NCBI GenBank assembly: GCA_965240325.2
Contig: OZ251222.1
Location: 124,001-188,000, forward strand
Length of the DNA: 64,000 bases
Direction: 5' to 3'
Source: Rebecca billardiae RCC1528
Lineage: Eukaryota; Protista; Haptophyta
A model generated the notes under the pieces. That model was not told the DNA's origin and made no database searches. It worked only from the letters and a program-made list of their open reading frames with translations. The position numbers and the translations under genes are program-made. Below, one piece after another: positions 11,269 through 21,399 of the stretch. How positions within the stretch are numbered: the stretch's first letter is position 1; every line of letters begins with the position of its first letter.

Positions 11269-13316
11269 ATTTGAGACGAATCATGTCTGGCTGTCTGCAT
11301 GCTCTTCTACTTAATAATATATATATATCGAGCTAGGCTCTCAGAGCTTGTTCAGGATCCTAGGCTCTGCGGTGCTGATCCTGACGACTCGTCCGGCCCC
11401 GGGGCCCGCATCACAAATAATCAGCAGCACATCATACATCAGTATCATCGATCATCAGTAGTATCGCAGATCGCTGCATGTGCCGGCATCGGAGTGTCGC
11501 GCGGAATAACTCGCTCACTCGCCGAAACTCGCGCGCCGCTCCGGCGGCAGGAGACGGAGAGGACCGCCATTGAGTCCGATGAGTGCCATCGTCATCAACT
11601 TCAGTCAGTGAATGTGATGCTGACTTAGTAACAGTATACTGCTGAGTATTGAGTGTCGCCGTAGTCTCAGACGAGTCAGGTATTTATAGATATTTCATAG
11701 TCTTTGCGTTCAATTCCAGGCCGCCGACACACGCCCACGGTGTAAGTAAGTGTAAGTAAGCCGTGATTTGACCTCACTTAATATTGCCAACCTGCTGCCG
11801 CTGGTAGCTAACTACGAAATGTAGTTGATCAGTGAGCCTTATAAGTGACAGTGTCATCTGGTGCACTGAGTCAGGACTGACTGATGCACAGACCTGAGAC
11901 AGTGCTCAGTCCGGTCATCCGCCGGCACGGACCGCCGGCTATCTAGATTATCTAGCTAGCTATCATGCCGTACCCCGCAGCCTGGTCTGTGACACTCTGT
12001 GCCTGGGCCGTACTATAGTTAATTAATGCGGTTCCTGCCGCCGCGGGCCCGCGGGTCCGGGCCGGCCCGGGACGTGCGCCGCAGCCGAGCCGCGGGCTGG
12101 GCGCCAGGCGAGCGCCAGCGCGCAGTGGTCCGGCGGGCCGCGCCGGCGGCGGCGTTCAGTGATTATTGAATTCTGACCGAGTAAGTACTTAGTACTCTGA
12201 GTAAGCTACTTAGTAGCTGCTAGTTTTAGTTCTTCGTTTTAGGCGGCGCCGCGCCAGCGCAATTTAAATTAATAATTTCGCTCGAATTATTATACCGGGG
12301 CCGGCGCGCAGCACTTCGCGCGGGTGGCCACCGCGCCCGAGGCGGAGGCTCTGACGCATGGCTCCGGCTTCCATCCCCCCCCCAGTCCGGTCACTGGAGC
12401 GTTACATCTTGACACTGCAATCGGCGGGATGGCGCCGCCTCTGATGATCTACAATAGCTCCTAGCCCACCCCAGGCGGTCCCTTGGACGATATTAATTAC
12501 GGCCAGATGGATATCATCAGGCTCAGCCATGCACCTTCAATACTCAATAGGTTCGGACTCTATTTTCTATAAGTAAATACCCAGTCCGGGTATCATTTTC
12601 GCATATGTATACATGTGTCCGGAACGCTCCGCCTGGACTATATGCGCTGAAATATGAGTAAGGGACGGGTATAACTGTTACATAGTAAAAATAGAACGTC
12701 TGAACCTATTAATAATATTATTATAGTACAGTGTAGTTGGGAGGTGCGGTCTGACGATGCGACATTATTTCTCGTTGAAGTCATCAATCTAAATCGGGAT
12801 TCGGCCTCGGGGGTCAGAAGGGACTCTGCTGCATGGACCATGGGAGTCACTGAGAGTGATGGCCCGCTGATGCCATGCCATGGAACTCCGCTTGGTTGAC
12901 TTCGGCTCACGGGGCCAAGACGTAACGGAGCTGGGCAGGGGGTGGACCGGAGCCGGAGCCACATAGTACTAGCGCCAAAGTCGTCATACCGCCGCCCCCC
13001 GCCCTGACCGGCCTGACCCCGCCCGCCCCCCGGGCTCAAACTCGTCGCCGGCGGCCGGCGGTCGGCGGGCCACTCGGGCCCGGCCGCGGCCCGGCCGGCG
13101 GCGGCGCCGCCGCCGGGCGGCGCCCGACCGCCGGCTCCGCGCTCGCCCTGGTCCGGGCACACCCGAGGTGAACCGGCATCGGCCGTCATGAGGTACTAGC
13201 AGGTAGGGCGTCGGCTGTGCCCGTCGATTGCAGACCCGCTTTCCTCACCCTGTGCCGCTGCCGATGTCCGGAATGGCGCCAACGCTGCAGGGTCCAGAGA
13301 TCGGAGTGGTGTGTCG

Positions 13317-14060
13317 TCATCTCCGCTGTTTGCCCAGCGCCGACGAGCCCGGCAGCCCCTCGAGGGCTAACGCATCGAGCACACTGGACAGATTCTGAGC
13401 GCCCTCACTCTCCGTGCGAGAGTACCGCGCCTGCGCGTGCTTGCCCCTCCGGCTGCTCTCGGCCAGGCCATCCACACCACCCAGGCCCTCGGCGTTGTCT
13501 GCAGCGCCGGGGGGTGGCAGCACATGCAGCGATCGCCGCAGCCATGGGCTGAGCCCGTCAGCGTTGCCTGCAGAGAAGCGATGGAGCTCGGGGTCCACGG
13601 CGAACGCGTCCACAAATTGCACCTGCGCCGCCGTCGGGGCCACCGACAGCTCGCTGCGCACGCGCGAGAAGCGCGAGAATTCCTTGCGCGCGGCCGCTGG
13701 TGCCCACCGCTGCACCTTGCGCAAGCACATCACGACGATTCCGGTCGTCGCGAAGCCGTCGAGACAGTGGATGTATGCGGGAAGGCTCTCTTCCAGCATC
13801 ACAATCCTCAGCACATCGTACACCGCCTCGGCACTCAGCCCGACCGGCTGCGAGCGCTCGGTCGGCACGTAGTGGTGCCGAATCTCCTCATGCTCGCAAA
13901 AGTCGCGCAGGTCGGTGCTCGGCTGCTCGGGCAGAAGCGAGACAATCGTGCGCAGACGGAGTCGCCGCAGGAAGCGGAAGTTTACGAGCGTCGGGTACGC
14001 CCCGCGGTGCACGCCCTCCTCCACCGTCGCGAAGCGCAGCGGAGGTGCGACCGCGATCAT
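13317..14060 (-). CDS. Siw14/OCA-family atypical tyrosine phosphatase (OCA6-like)
   Basis: PPLRFATVEEGVHRGAYP...FLRRLRLRTIVSL...YIHCLDG...TGIVVMCLRKVQRW; lacks the CX5R arginine. Confidence 0.85.
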   Translation of the reverse strand: MIAVAPPLRFATVEEGVHRGAYPTLVNFRFLRRLRLRTIVSLLPEQPSTDLRDFCEHEEIRHHYVPTERSQPVGLSAEAVYDVLRIVMLEESLPAYIHCLDGFATTGIVVMCLRKVQRWAPAAARKEFSRFSRVRSELSVAPTAAQVQFVDAFAVDPELHRFSAGNADGLSPWLRRSLHVLPPPGAADNAEGLGGVDGLAESSRRGKHAQARYSRTESEGAQNLSSVLDALALEGLPGSSALGKQRR

Positions 14061-14116
14061 GATGGCGTCGATCTACTCCAATTACGGGATTTTACGCGAC
14101 CAGAATTCAGAATTCC

Positions 14117-15408
14117 TACAGTTTACTATGATTTAACGTGCACACTTGGTTAAGGCGTGATTAACGCCATCCAACACTGCACAAAGACACCGCCACAAAA
14201 CAGACCGGCGCAGGCAGGTGAGGGGCGCGTTGCCGCACCTCATCGAGGCGGCCATTGCAGCAAGCGGCCGCCCCGCGCTCGGAGGCACGCGCTCGAGAGC
14301 GCGTTCTGACACCACACGGGGAGGGTGCTGCACCTGGATGTTGCATCCCAGCCACCTCGAGAGTGCAGCCACGCCAAACACCTGCCTGCGCTGTGAGCGA
14401 CGCCGCGTCGACTGATCGAGCCCCAGCCGAAGGGAAGAACTGGAAGATGAAGGGTGGGCAGGTCCACATGCCCGGCGTAAACTGCGCGCTGCTCGCCCGC
14501 GAAGGCAAGCAGCGCACCCCCGCCGCCTTCGCAAGCAGCGGGGGCGGGGGGAAAGCGGCCCCTCTCGGCTGCCGCCAGCCCCTGTCTGCCCACCTACCCC
14601 GGTTGTGGCACAGAGCCTTCGCCTGCCCCGAACACAAACACCTTGTGAACAGGGCCAGGCGCGGCCCCACGCCCCATCGGGACGAGTGGGCCCGCGAAGA
14701 GCGCGCCCACGACCGCGTCGGTCGTCGCCGACGCCGCGCCCTCATGCCCAGACGCCGCAGCCGGGGCGCCATCACCCAGAGGGTGATGGCAGCCCCCGGC
14801 CTCTTGGCGGTCCGAAGACATGCGGGACGGCCGCGACGACGGGTCCGACGATGCCGAAGGCGCAAGCTCGCGGAAGGGGCCAGAGTTGGGAAGCTGCGGC
14901 GTCGGGCCCGCACGCGCCTTGTCAGCACGATTGACCCGTCGCGTACCCGCAGCCGGCCTCAGCGAGCCGTCCGCGCGGTGCTTCTTCTTCCAACTCTTGG
15001 ACCTCTTCGCAGCACCAGGCACACCAGAGACTGGCGTGGCTGCCCCCCCCTTGCGAGGCGGGACCGGCCCGCGGGCCGGTGCGCTGGGGGCGGGGCCGCG
15101 GCTCCTGTTCGGACGCCCAGCCCCGCCCTGTGGGGTCGCCGCACCGTCCACGTCCCCAGGGGAGTTGCCCGACACGAACACCTTGAAGCGCAGGTCACCG
15201 TTGCCAGTGACCCACACATCCACGGTGAAGCTGCGGGCCGGGTCGATGCAGGCGCACACGTCGCGGACGAGTCGCGCCGTCTCGTCCACCACCGCGCGCA
15301 CCCGCGTCGACCCCTCCCCCGCCGGCCCGCGCATCGCCTGGTCAGCGGCGGGGCGGCCACACTCCATTGCGGAGGTGGTCACGTAGAAAACGGTAGTACA
15401 GTTTACTA
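14117..15408 (-). mobile_element. Insertion bounded by direct TACAGTTTACTA repeats, with a 257-aa ORF (15367-14594)
   Basis: 12-bp direct repeat at 14117-14128 and 15397-15408; 14117-14339 recurs nearly identically at 34395-34617; lies between two divergent host genes. Confidence 0.65.
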
Positions 15409-15551
15409 AGAATAAGAGACGCACACAGCTCAGGCAGGCGAGATTACTAAGAAATAGAGGGGGAAATCGCCGTCGGCCCCGCGTTCGTCGGCAAGACATC
15501 GCGGGACGGGCAGGCCCCCCCCTCCGGGTGGCGGCCGCCCGCTGGCGCGAC

Positions 15552-16732
15552 ATGAGGCTGACCGTGCGCACGCTCACAAACCGATCGATCGACATCGAAG
15601 CCGAGCCCGACTGGACCGTAGGTAGCATCCTACAGCGCGCGTCGGATGTCGAGCACTGCTCGTGGCGCCCTGGGGAGTACCACAAGGTGTGCTGAAGCGC
15701 GTGGCACGTGCCCACGCGCAGGCGACACCGCGCATCACTGTGCCAGGCATGGCCGTCGGTGCCGTGCCGTGAGACCGTGTGGTTCTCGACGGGGTGCTTG
15801 CTCCTGCTTGCCACCTGACGGAACCGACCCGCGCGTCGCTGCCCATTGTGCGCGCGCAGGATGTGGTCCTCGTCCACAGGCGAACATTCCGCCGATTCTG
15901 CGATGTTGAGCAAACGCTGAGTCAGTGCAACATAGGCGACGGCGACGTGCTCGAACTGACGATCCGCTTTGCTGCGCAGCCAGCCGCGACGAAGCTCCTC
16001 GAGCCCGTCGGCTTTTACGAGGTGCTGCCGCGCCCTGCATCGGCAGGCGTGCCCCGCCGCACCGAGATTGCCGTTCACCTCGTGAATGTCACCGTGGAGA
16101 ACCGACGATGCATCGTCCTGAGGCCCGCCGAGGGCGACGTGGAGGAGGCGGCGGTGCCATGCATGCAGATCTGGCAGCCGCCGAACGTGCTCAAGCTCGT
16201 ACCGAGCGTCGCGCTGCGCGCGGACACGCTCTACTCCGTGACGCTCGACCTCAACCTGGACGTGCCGGGCGTGCACGTCAACCACGGCACGTACGACCTC
16301 TCGTGCGTGGCCGACGGCGTGGACACCGTCCGGCCGTATGTCTTCGTGTGGCACTTCCAGACGGGTGCCGTCGAGGGCGACGAGGCGGTCGACCGGCCGG
16401 CCGCCGCCTCGCTGCAGCAGCCCGCTGAGCCCGGGGCGCCCATGCTTGAGGTCGTGCAGGGGCTGCTCTCTCGGCCGCTCGACGGCTTCTCAAAGAAGCA
16501 GCTCGTGATGCTGCAGGCCAACCTGAGCGGCATGCTCGATCGGGTCGGTGACGCAATCACCAACATCGACCAGAAGATCGACACGATCAACCGCAGGCTG
16601 CAGGAGAAATCTCGCCGCCTCAATAATGGCGACCGCCCGGGCGGCGACGACGCGGATCGGCGTCATCACAGCGATGCTGCTGGCAGCGCAGCGATAATCG
16701 AGCACGCGCTCAAAAAGATCAGGCACAGCTGA
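15552..16732 (+). CDS. Ubiquitin-like domain + bacterial-type Ig-like domain + coiled-coil protein; intron 15687-15859
   Basis: Spliced N-terminus MRLTVRTLTNRSIDIEAEPDWTVGSI...TLSQCNIGDGDVLEL (UBL); PRPASAGVPRRTEIAV...LVPSVALRADTLYSVTL...VWHFQTG resembles Big_5/SbsA Ig. Confidence 0.7.
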
Positions 16733-17038
16733 CAGAGTGACAGTCCGGGCTGATCGTCACTGTGCTGGAGCGCGTCCAGGACTGCGTGGCATGTACCACC
16801 GTAGCCGAGCGATCGAGTCGTAGTCCCATCACATCGACTTTAAGCAGTGAGTTTAACTGAGTAACTGAGCAGACGGCCGCCGGCGGCGGGCCCGTGCCCG
16901 GCGGAGTAGACCGCAGGCCCCGCGCCCCGGTGACTTAGTGAGTGATTACGACTCGTGAGTGCGTGACGAAGCCGGAAGCGGGTCTTGAGCAGACTGTAGA
17001 GTGTAGTCTGCGCAGTCTGGCCCGCGTCGCTATTCGCT

Positions 17039-17041
<3 letters not shown>

Positions 17042-17103
<62 letters not shown>

Positions 17104-17114
17104 ATTTCTCTCTC
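17042..17114. repeat. (CT)n microsatellite, interrupted
   Basis: Directly visible. Confidence 0.95.
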
Positions 17115-17120
17115 TATATA

Positions 17121-17926
17121 TGTGGCGTTATAGGGAACCTATAACTGAGTGTCTATGAGCGACGCCAAGAATCCGGCTCGCACGGCATTGCTGCGTTGTC
17201 CTGTGCGCACCGCCGCGCGCAGGAGTCCTACTGGTGCGCTGCCAATCTGGCCCACAGCGGCGCACCTGGTCCTGCAGGACTCGGTTGGTTACCGCTCACA
17301 TCGGATCGATCAGGCTTCGCTCTCGGGGGCGCCATGGGGCTGCTCACGACGAAGGCGCCGAGCTGGGCAAGGGAATCGCCTGCATCGAGCACTGCCGGGT
17401 GCACTCTCCACTGCAGGAGGTGCACCGCAGTCGCCGCAGCCCCTCTGCTCGGTAAGGTCGCTGGCTGTCTGTGTGGCCCGGCTCCCCGCCTGATCGCTCG
17501 GCGGCGCGACGACATCATCTACTGTCTTCGCCGCGTCGCCCCTCATGCAATATGGTCTCTTGCTCTCGCCGCTGTCGCGTCAACCCGCACGCTTCATCGT
17601 TTCACGTTTGCCCGCCCGCCCACCCTCGGCCTCTGGCGGATATGGAAGCACTGCAGTGTCAGCGAGCCATCAGCCTTAATCGACCTTGCTCAGTGACTGA
17701 CGACTCGCGGGCGCCCTCTCGACCTCGGGCAGCAGCTCAACCGCCACGCCGCTGCCAGCGCCCGCTGTCGTTCGTTGCTCAAATCCCAACATAGCTAACC
17801 TGATCGTTCCATGATTGATCATTGTGGTCTGTCTACTCCACGACGCCGCGCGCCGCGACCATCCAGCTCCAGAGTCCATTCGTACCCGACGCCTTGTACG
17901 AGCCGGGCATGGCGGAGTGGCTCACA
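17121..17926. mobile_element. Candidate solo LTR inserted in a (TA)n tract
   Basis: TGTG...CACA termini, TATATA on both sides, no credible ORF inside. Confidence 0.4.
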
Positions 17927-18336
17927 TATATATATATATTCTATAGCTACCGTTACTCTGAATGAAGTAAATCGAACTAACTAGGCCGCAGCGGTACGGT
18001 CAGTCACTCTCAGTGACAGTGAGTGCCCGCCGGCGGTAGCGCGCATTGTAATATTCTGATAAACGTCGCATCGAGTAGTATCATCTAATAGTTATAGTAC
18101 GCCGTAGAGTCTAGTCACTCTAGAGAGCTCTTTACGACGGTTATATAGTCATAGTGCTACTGCGCTAGCAGTTTTTGACGCGGCCAGTTTTCAAGACGGT
18201 CCGCGGGGCCGACCGCCCGCCGCGCAATCGTCAGTCTGATGGATATATATATAGCTACAGGATCGACCGTAGACCGGGCGGCGGCCGGCGCCGGCCGAGT
18301 GACAGCCTCGAGTCCTCGAGAGGCTCGGCCTCGGGC

Positions 18337-19683
18337 TCAGTCGCCGGCCGGCGGCGCGAGGAACACCTTGCCCTGCTGCGCGAGGTGGGCGAGCGCGGCT
18401 GCGAGTGCCGGGCACTCGTTGAGCATCAAGTCGGCGGGCATGACGGGGTTCTCGCGGCAGATCAGGCTCGCCGCGCGCACGACGGCCTCGCCCGCATCCC
18501 CCGACAGGTCGTGCGCATGCCCATCCACGAAGAGCATGGCCCCACCACCAGCCGGCTGGGCGCCCGCTGGGGCGGCATCGAGGGCGCTGCCGCGCGCGAA
18601 CGCGAACGTGACGCCCTCGGCGCGCCACAGCGCGAGGCCGCGGGATGCCTCGCGCGCGCCGTCCGCGTCTGCGCGCCTCGCCGCGTCCGCCAGCAGCGCC
18701 GGGCTGTCCACGCCCTCGTGGTCGCCCTCAAACTCCAGGGGGAGGCGCCATCTCTCCGTGAGCTGCTCGCCGAGCCACGCGCGCACGAGCCGTGGGTCGT
18801 CGAGCACGGTGCTCAGCTTGGCGCGCATCATCTCGGTGAGCGCCTCGAACGCCTCCGCCGAGATCTCCCCGCCCTCCTCCGACGCCGCGCCGCCGGGCAG
18901 CAGCGCCTCGGAGAAGAAGTCGTCCTCTGCGCACCGCGCGCCCGCCAGCTCGCCGAGCGCTCTGAGCAGGTTGGCGCGCTTGGGCGCGCGGTAGCCGATG
19001 GAGTAGGTCATGCACTGGTCGTCGAGGGAGACGCCGCGGTGGGGGATGCGCGGCGGGAGGTAGAGGCAGTCGCCCGCCTCGAGCACCCAGCTCCTGTCCG
19101 GCGCGAACTCGCGGAGGACGCGCACGGCGAGGCCGTCCACCAGCTCCTCCGCGTCGGCCGGGCGCAGGCGCTCCTCGATGCACCAGCGGCGGCGGCCCGA
19201 GCCCTGCAGGAGGAAGACGTCGTAGTTGTCCGTGTGCGCGCCGATCCCGCCGTCGGGTGCGGCGTACGAGACCATCACGTCGTCCGTGCGCCAGTCGGGC
19301 ACGAGCGCGAACCGGCGCTGCAGGAGCGCGGCCACCTGCGGGTGCACAATGTTCACTTCATTTACTAACAGCGTCCAGCGCTCCTCGGGCAGCATGGCGA
19401 AGTCCTTGTCGTCGAAGGGGCCGTGCAAGAGCGCCCACGGCGTGTCGCCGATGCCTCGCTCACAGATGATCCGCGCCTCCACCCCCTCCTCGCACGCGAT
19501 GCCGGCGAGCTCGTCCGGCGTCAGGATGTCCGCCTCTGACGGCTCGAGCATGCCGCGGATCAGCAGCGGGCGCCGGCCCCAGAAGTCACGCATGAACTCA
19601 GCGCGGCGCGCGCGGGGGAAGCCCTGCCACTCGCCCGCCGGCGCGTGCGTGACGCCCGCGACGCACGCCACGAGGAGGAGCAT
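18337..19683 (-). CDS. roxA: JmjC/cupin-4 ribosomal oxygenase, RoxA(YcfD)-like uL16 hydroxylase
   Basis: FMRDFWGRRPLLIRG, WTLLVNEV, WRTDDVMVSYA..GGIGAHTDNYDVFLLQGSGRRRW, GDCLYLPPRIPHRG, CMTYSIGYRAP; hydrophobic N-terminus. Confidence 0.88.
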   Translation of the reverse strand: MLLLVACVAGVTHAPAGEWQGFPRARRAEFMRDFWGRRPLLIRGMLEPSEADILTPDELAGIACEEGVEARIICERGIGDTPWALLHGPFDDKDFAMLPEERWTLLVNEVNIVHPQVAALLQRRFALVPDWRTDDVMVSYAAPDGGIGAHTDNYDVFLLQGSGRRRWCIEERLRPADAEELVDGLAVRVLREFAPDRSWVLEAGDCLYLPPRIPHRGVSLDDQCMTYSIGYRAPKRANLLRALGELAGARCAEDDFFSEALLPGGAASEEGGEISAEAFEALTEMMRAKLSTVLDDPRLVRAWLGEQLTERWRLPLEFEGDHEGVDSPALLADAARRADADGAREASRGLALWRAEGVTFAFARGSALDAAPAGAQPAGGGAMLFVDGHAHDLSGDAGEAVVRAASLICRENPVMPADLMLNECPALAAALAHLAQQGKVFLAPPAGD

Positions 19684-19818
19684 GGGACCGGCGACGCGTG
19701 CGGGCCGTCGTCGGGCGGGTACGCCGCGTGGCCGTGCAAAGCCGGCAGCGGCACAGCCGGCTGGTCCCGGAGGCTTCATCCGGTTGCCACATTAAGCCTT
19801 GACCACCTGCCACATTAA

Positions 19819-21344
19819 GGTGGCACGGCAGGAAACCGCCGGACTGCGACGTAACAGCCATGGCTGCCGCGTGCGCACGCCGATTGGGGGCTCGTGCGCG
19901 CCGAGCGCGTACAGCACGGTCCGGAGCGCATGCCGGGTGGTCAAAGCACGTGCGCCGGCCTCCTGGCCCGCCCCCTGATGAGCTCGTCGCGTCTCTCCTC
20001 ACGCTCCAGCCGTGGACCAGCGTGCACACGTGCGGGTCGGCTGGCGAGCTGCAGACGCGGTGGATGCGCTGCATGGTTTGTGCGCCACTGGCCGCCCAGA
20101 TGGTCAGAGCGTACGGGGGTGGGCGTGCACACGTGCGTCCAGTCGTTTGAACCGCGCGCCGAGGCTGTTTTGGAGGTGTGCACCTACTCGCGGATGTCGG
20201 CGGCACTCCGTGGGCAGCCCGTGGGGCCACAGAAGCCACGGCGGGCAGCATTCGGGCGAGATGTACACGGCCCCATGGCGGCAGGGAGCGCTCTGTGCGT
20301 ACGCTACGGGTCCCGCCGAGGTCAGTGATACGGGCTTCGCCTGTGTCCGTGGCTAGAACAGGCTGCTCGGGGGCCCACGGATCACCGCCCATGGTGCTGG
20401 TGGCCCCGGCGCCCCAGAGTAGGCTATACGCGGCATGCCAAAACTAGAAATCTGACATAGAACTTCAACCGGGACCCTAGCTACTCTCGAGCCCTTCCCA
20501 TAAGCTGTGTTCAGCCAGCTCGGCATGCGAATCGTATTGCACGTTTTGAAATTAACACGAAAATGGTCCAAAATCGGCGATTTTGGACCATTTTCGTGTT
20601 AATTTCAAAACGTGCAATACGATTCGCATGCCGACCTGGCTGAACACAGCTCATGGGAAGGGCTCGAGAGTAGCTAGGGTCCCGGTTGAAGTTCTATGTC
20701 AGATTTCTAGTTTTGGCATGCCGCGTATAGCCTACAGCCTACTCCGGGGCGCTGGGGCCACCAGCACCATGCACGGTGATCCGCGGACCCCCGAGCAGGG
20801 TGATCAGGCCACATACCCAGGCGAAGCCCGTATCAATGACCTCGGCGGGACCCGTAGCGTACGCACAGAGCGCTCCCTGCCGTCATGGGGCCATGTACAT
20901 CTCGCCCGAATGCACTGCCCGCCGTGGCTTCTGTGGCCCCACGGGCTGCCCACGGAGTGCCGCCGACATCCGCGAGTAGGTGCTCACCTCCAAATCACCC
21001 TCGGCGCGCGGTTCAAACGACTGGACGCACGTGTGCACGTCCGCCCCCGTACGCCCTGACCATCTGGGCGGCCAGTGGCGCACATACCATGCAGCGCATC
21101 CACCGCGTCTGCAGCTCGCCAGCCGACCGGCACGTGTGCACGCTGGTCCACGGCTGGAGCGTGAGGAGAGACGCGACGAGCTCATCAGGGGGCGAGCCAG
21201 GAGGCCGAAGCCTGTGCTTCGACCACCCGGCATGCGCTCCGGACCGTGCCGTACGCGGTCGGCGCGCACGAGCCTCGAATCGGCGCGCGCAAGCGGCACC
21301 CATGGCTGTTACGTCGCAGTCCGGCGGTTTCCTGCCGTGCCACC
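19819..21344. mobile_element. 1.5-kb foldback (whole-element palindrome) with TTAA TSD and GG..CC termini (Kolobok-like)
   Basis: Arms of about 760 bp centred on G20577 (CCAAAATCG-G-CGATTTTGG); TTAA at 19815-19818 and 21345-21348. Confidence 0.88.
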
Positions 21345-21399
21345 TTAAGGGCCCCGCGACCGGCTGCCACATTAAGGCGACCGGCTGCCACATTAAGGA

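Noticed and set aside
12380-12640. Possible MITE TIRs (AGTCC...GGAGCGTT)
   Set aside because: Match too weak and no TSD
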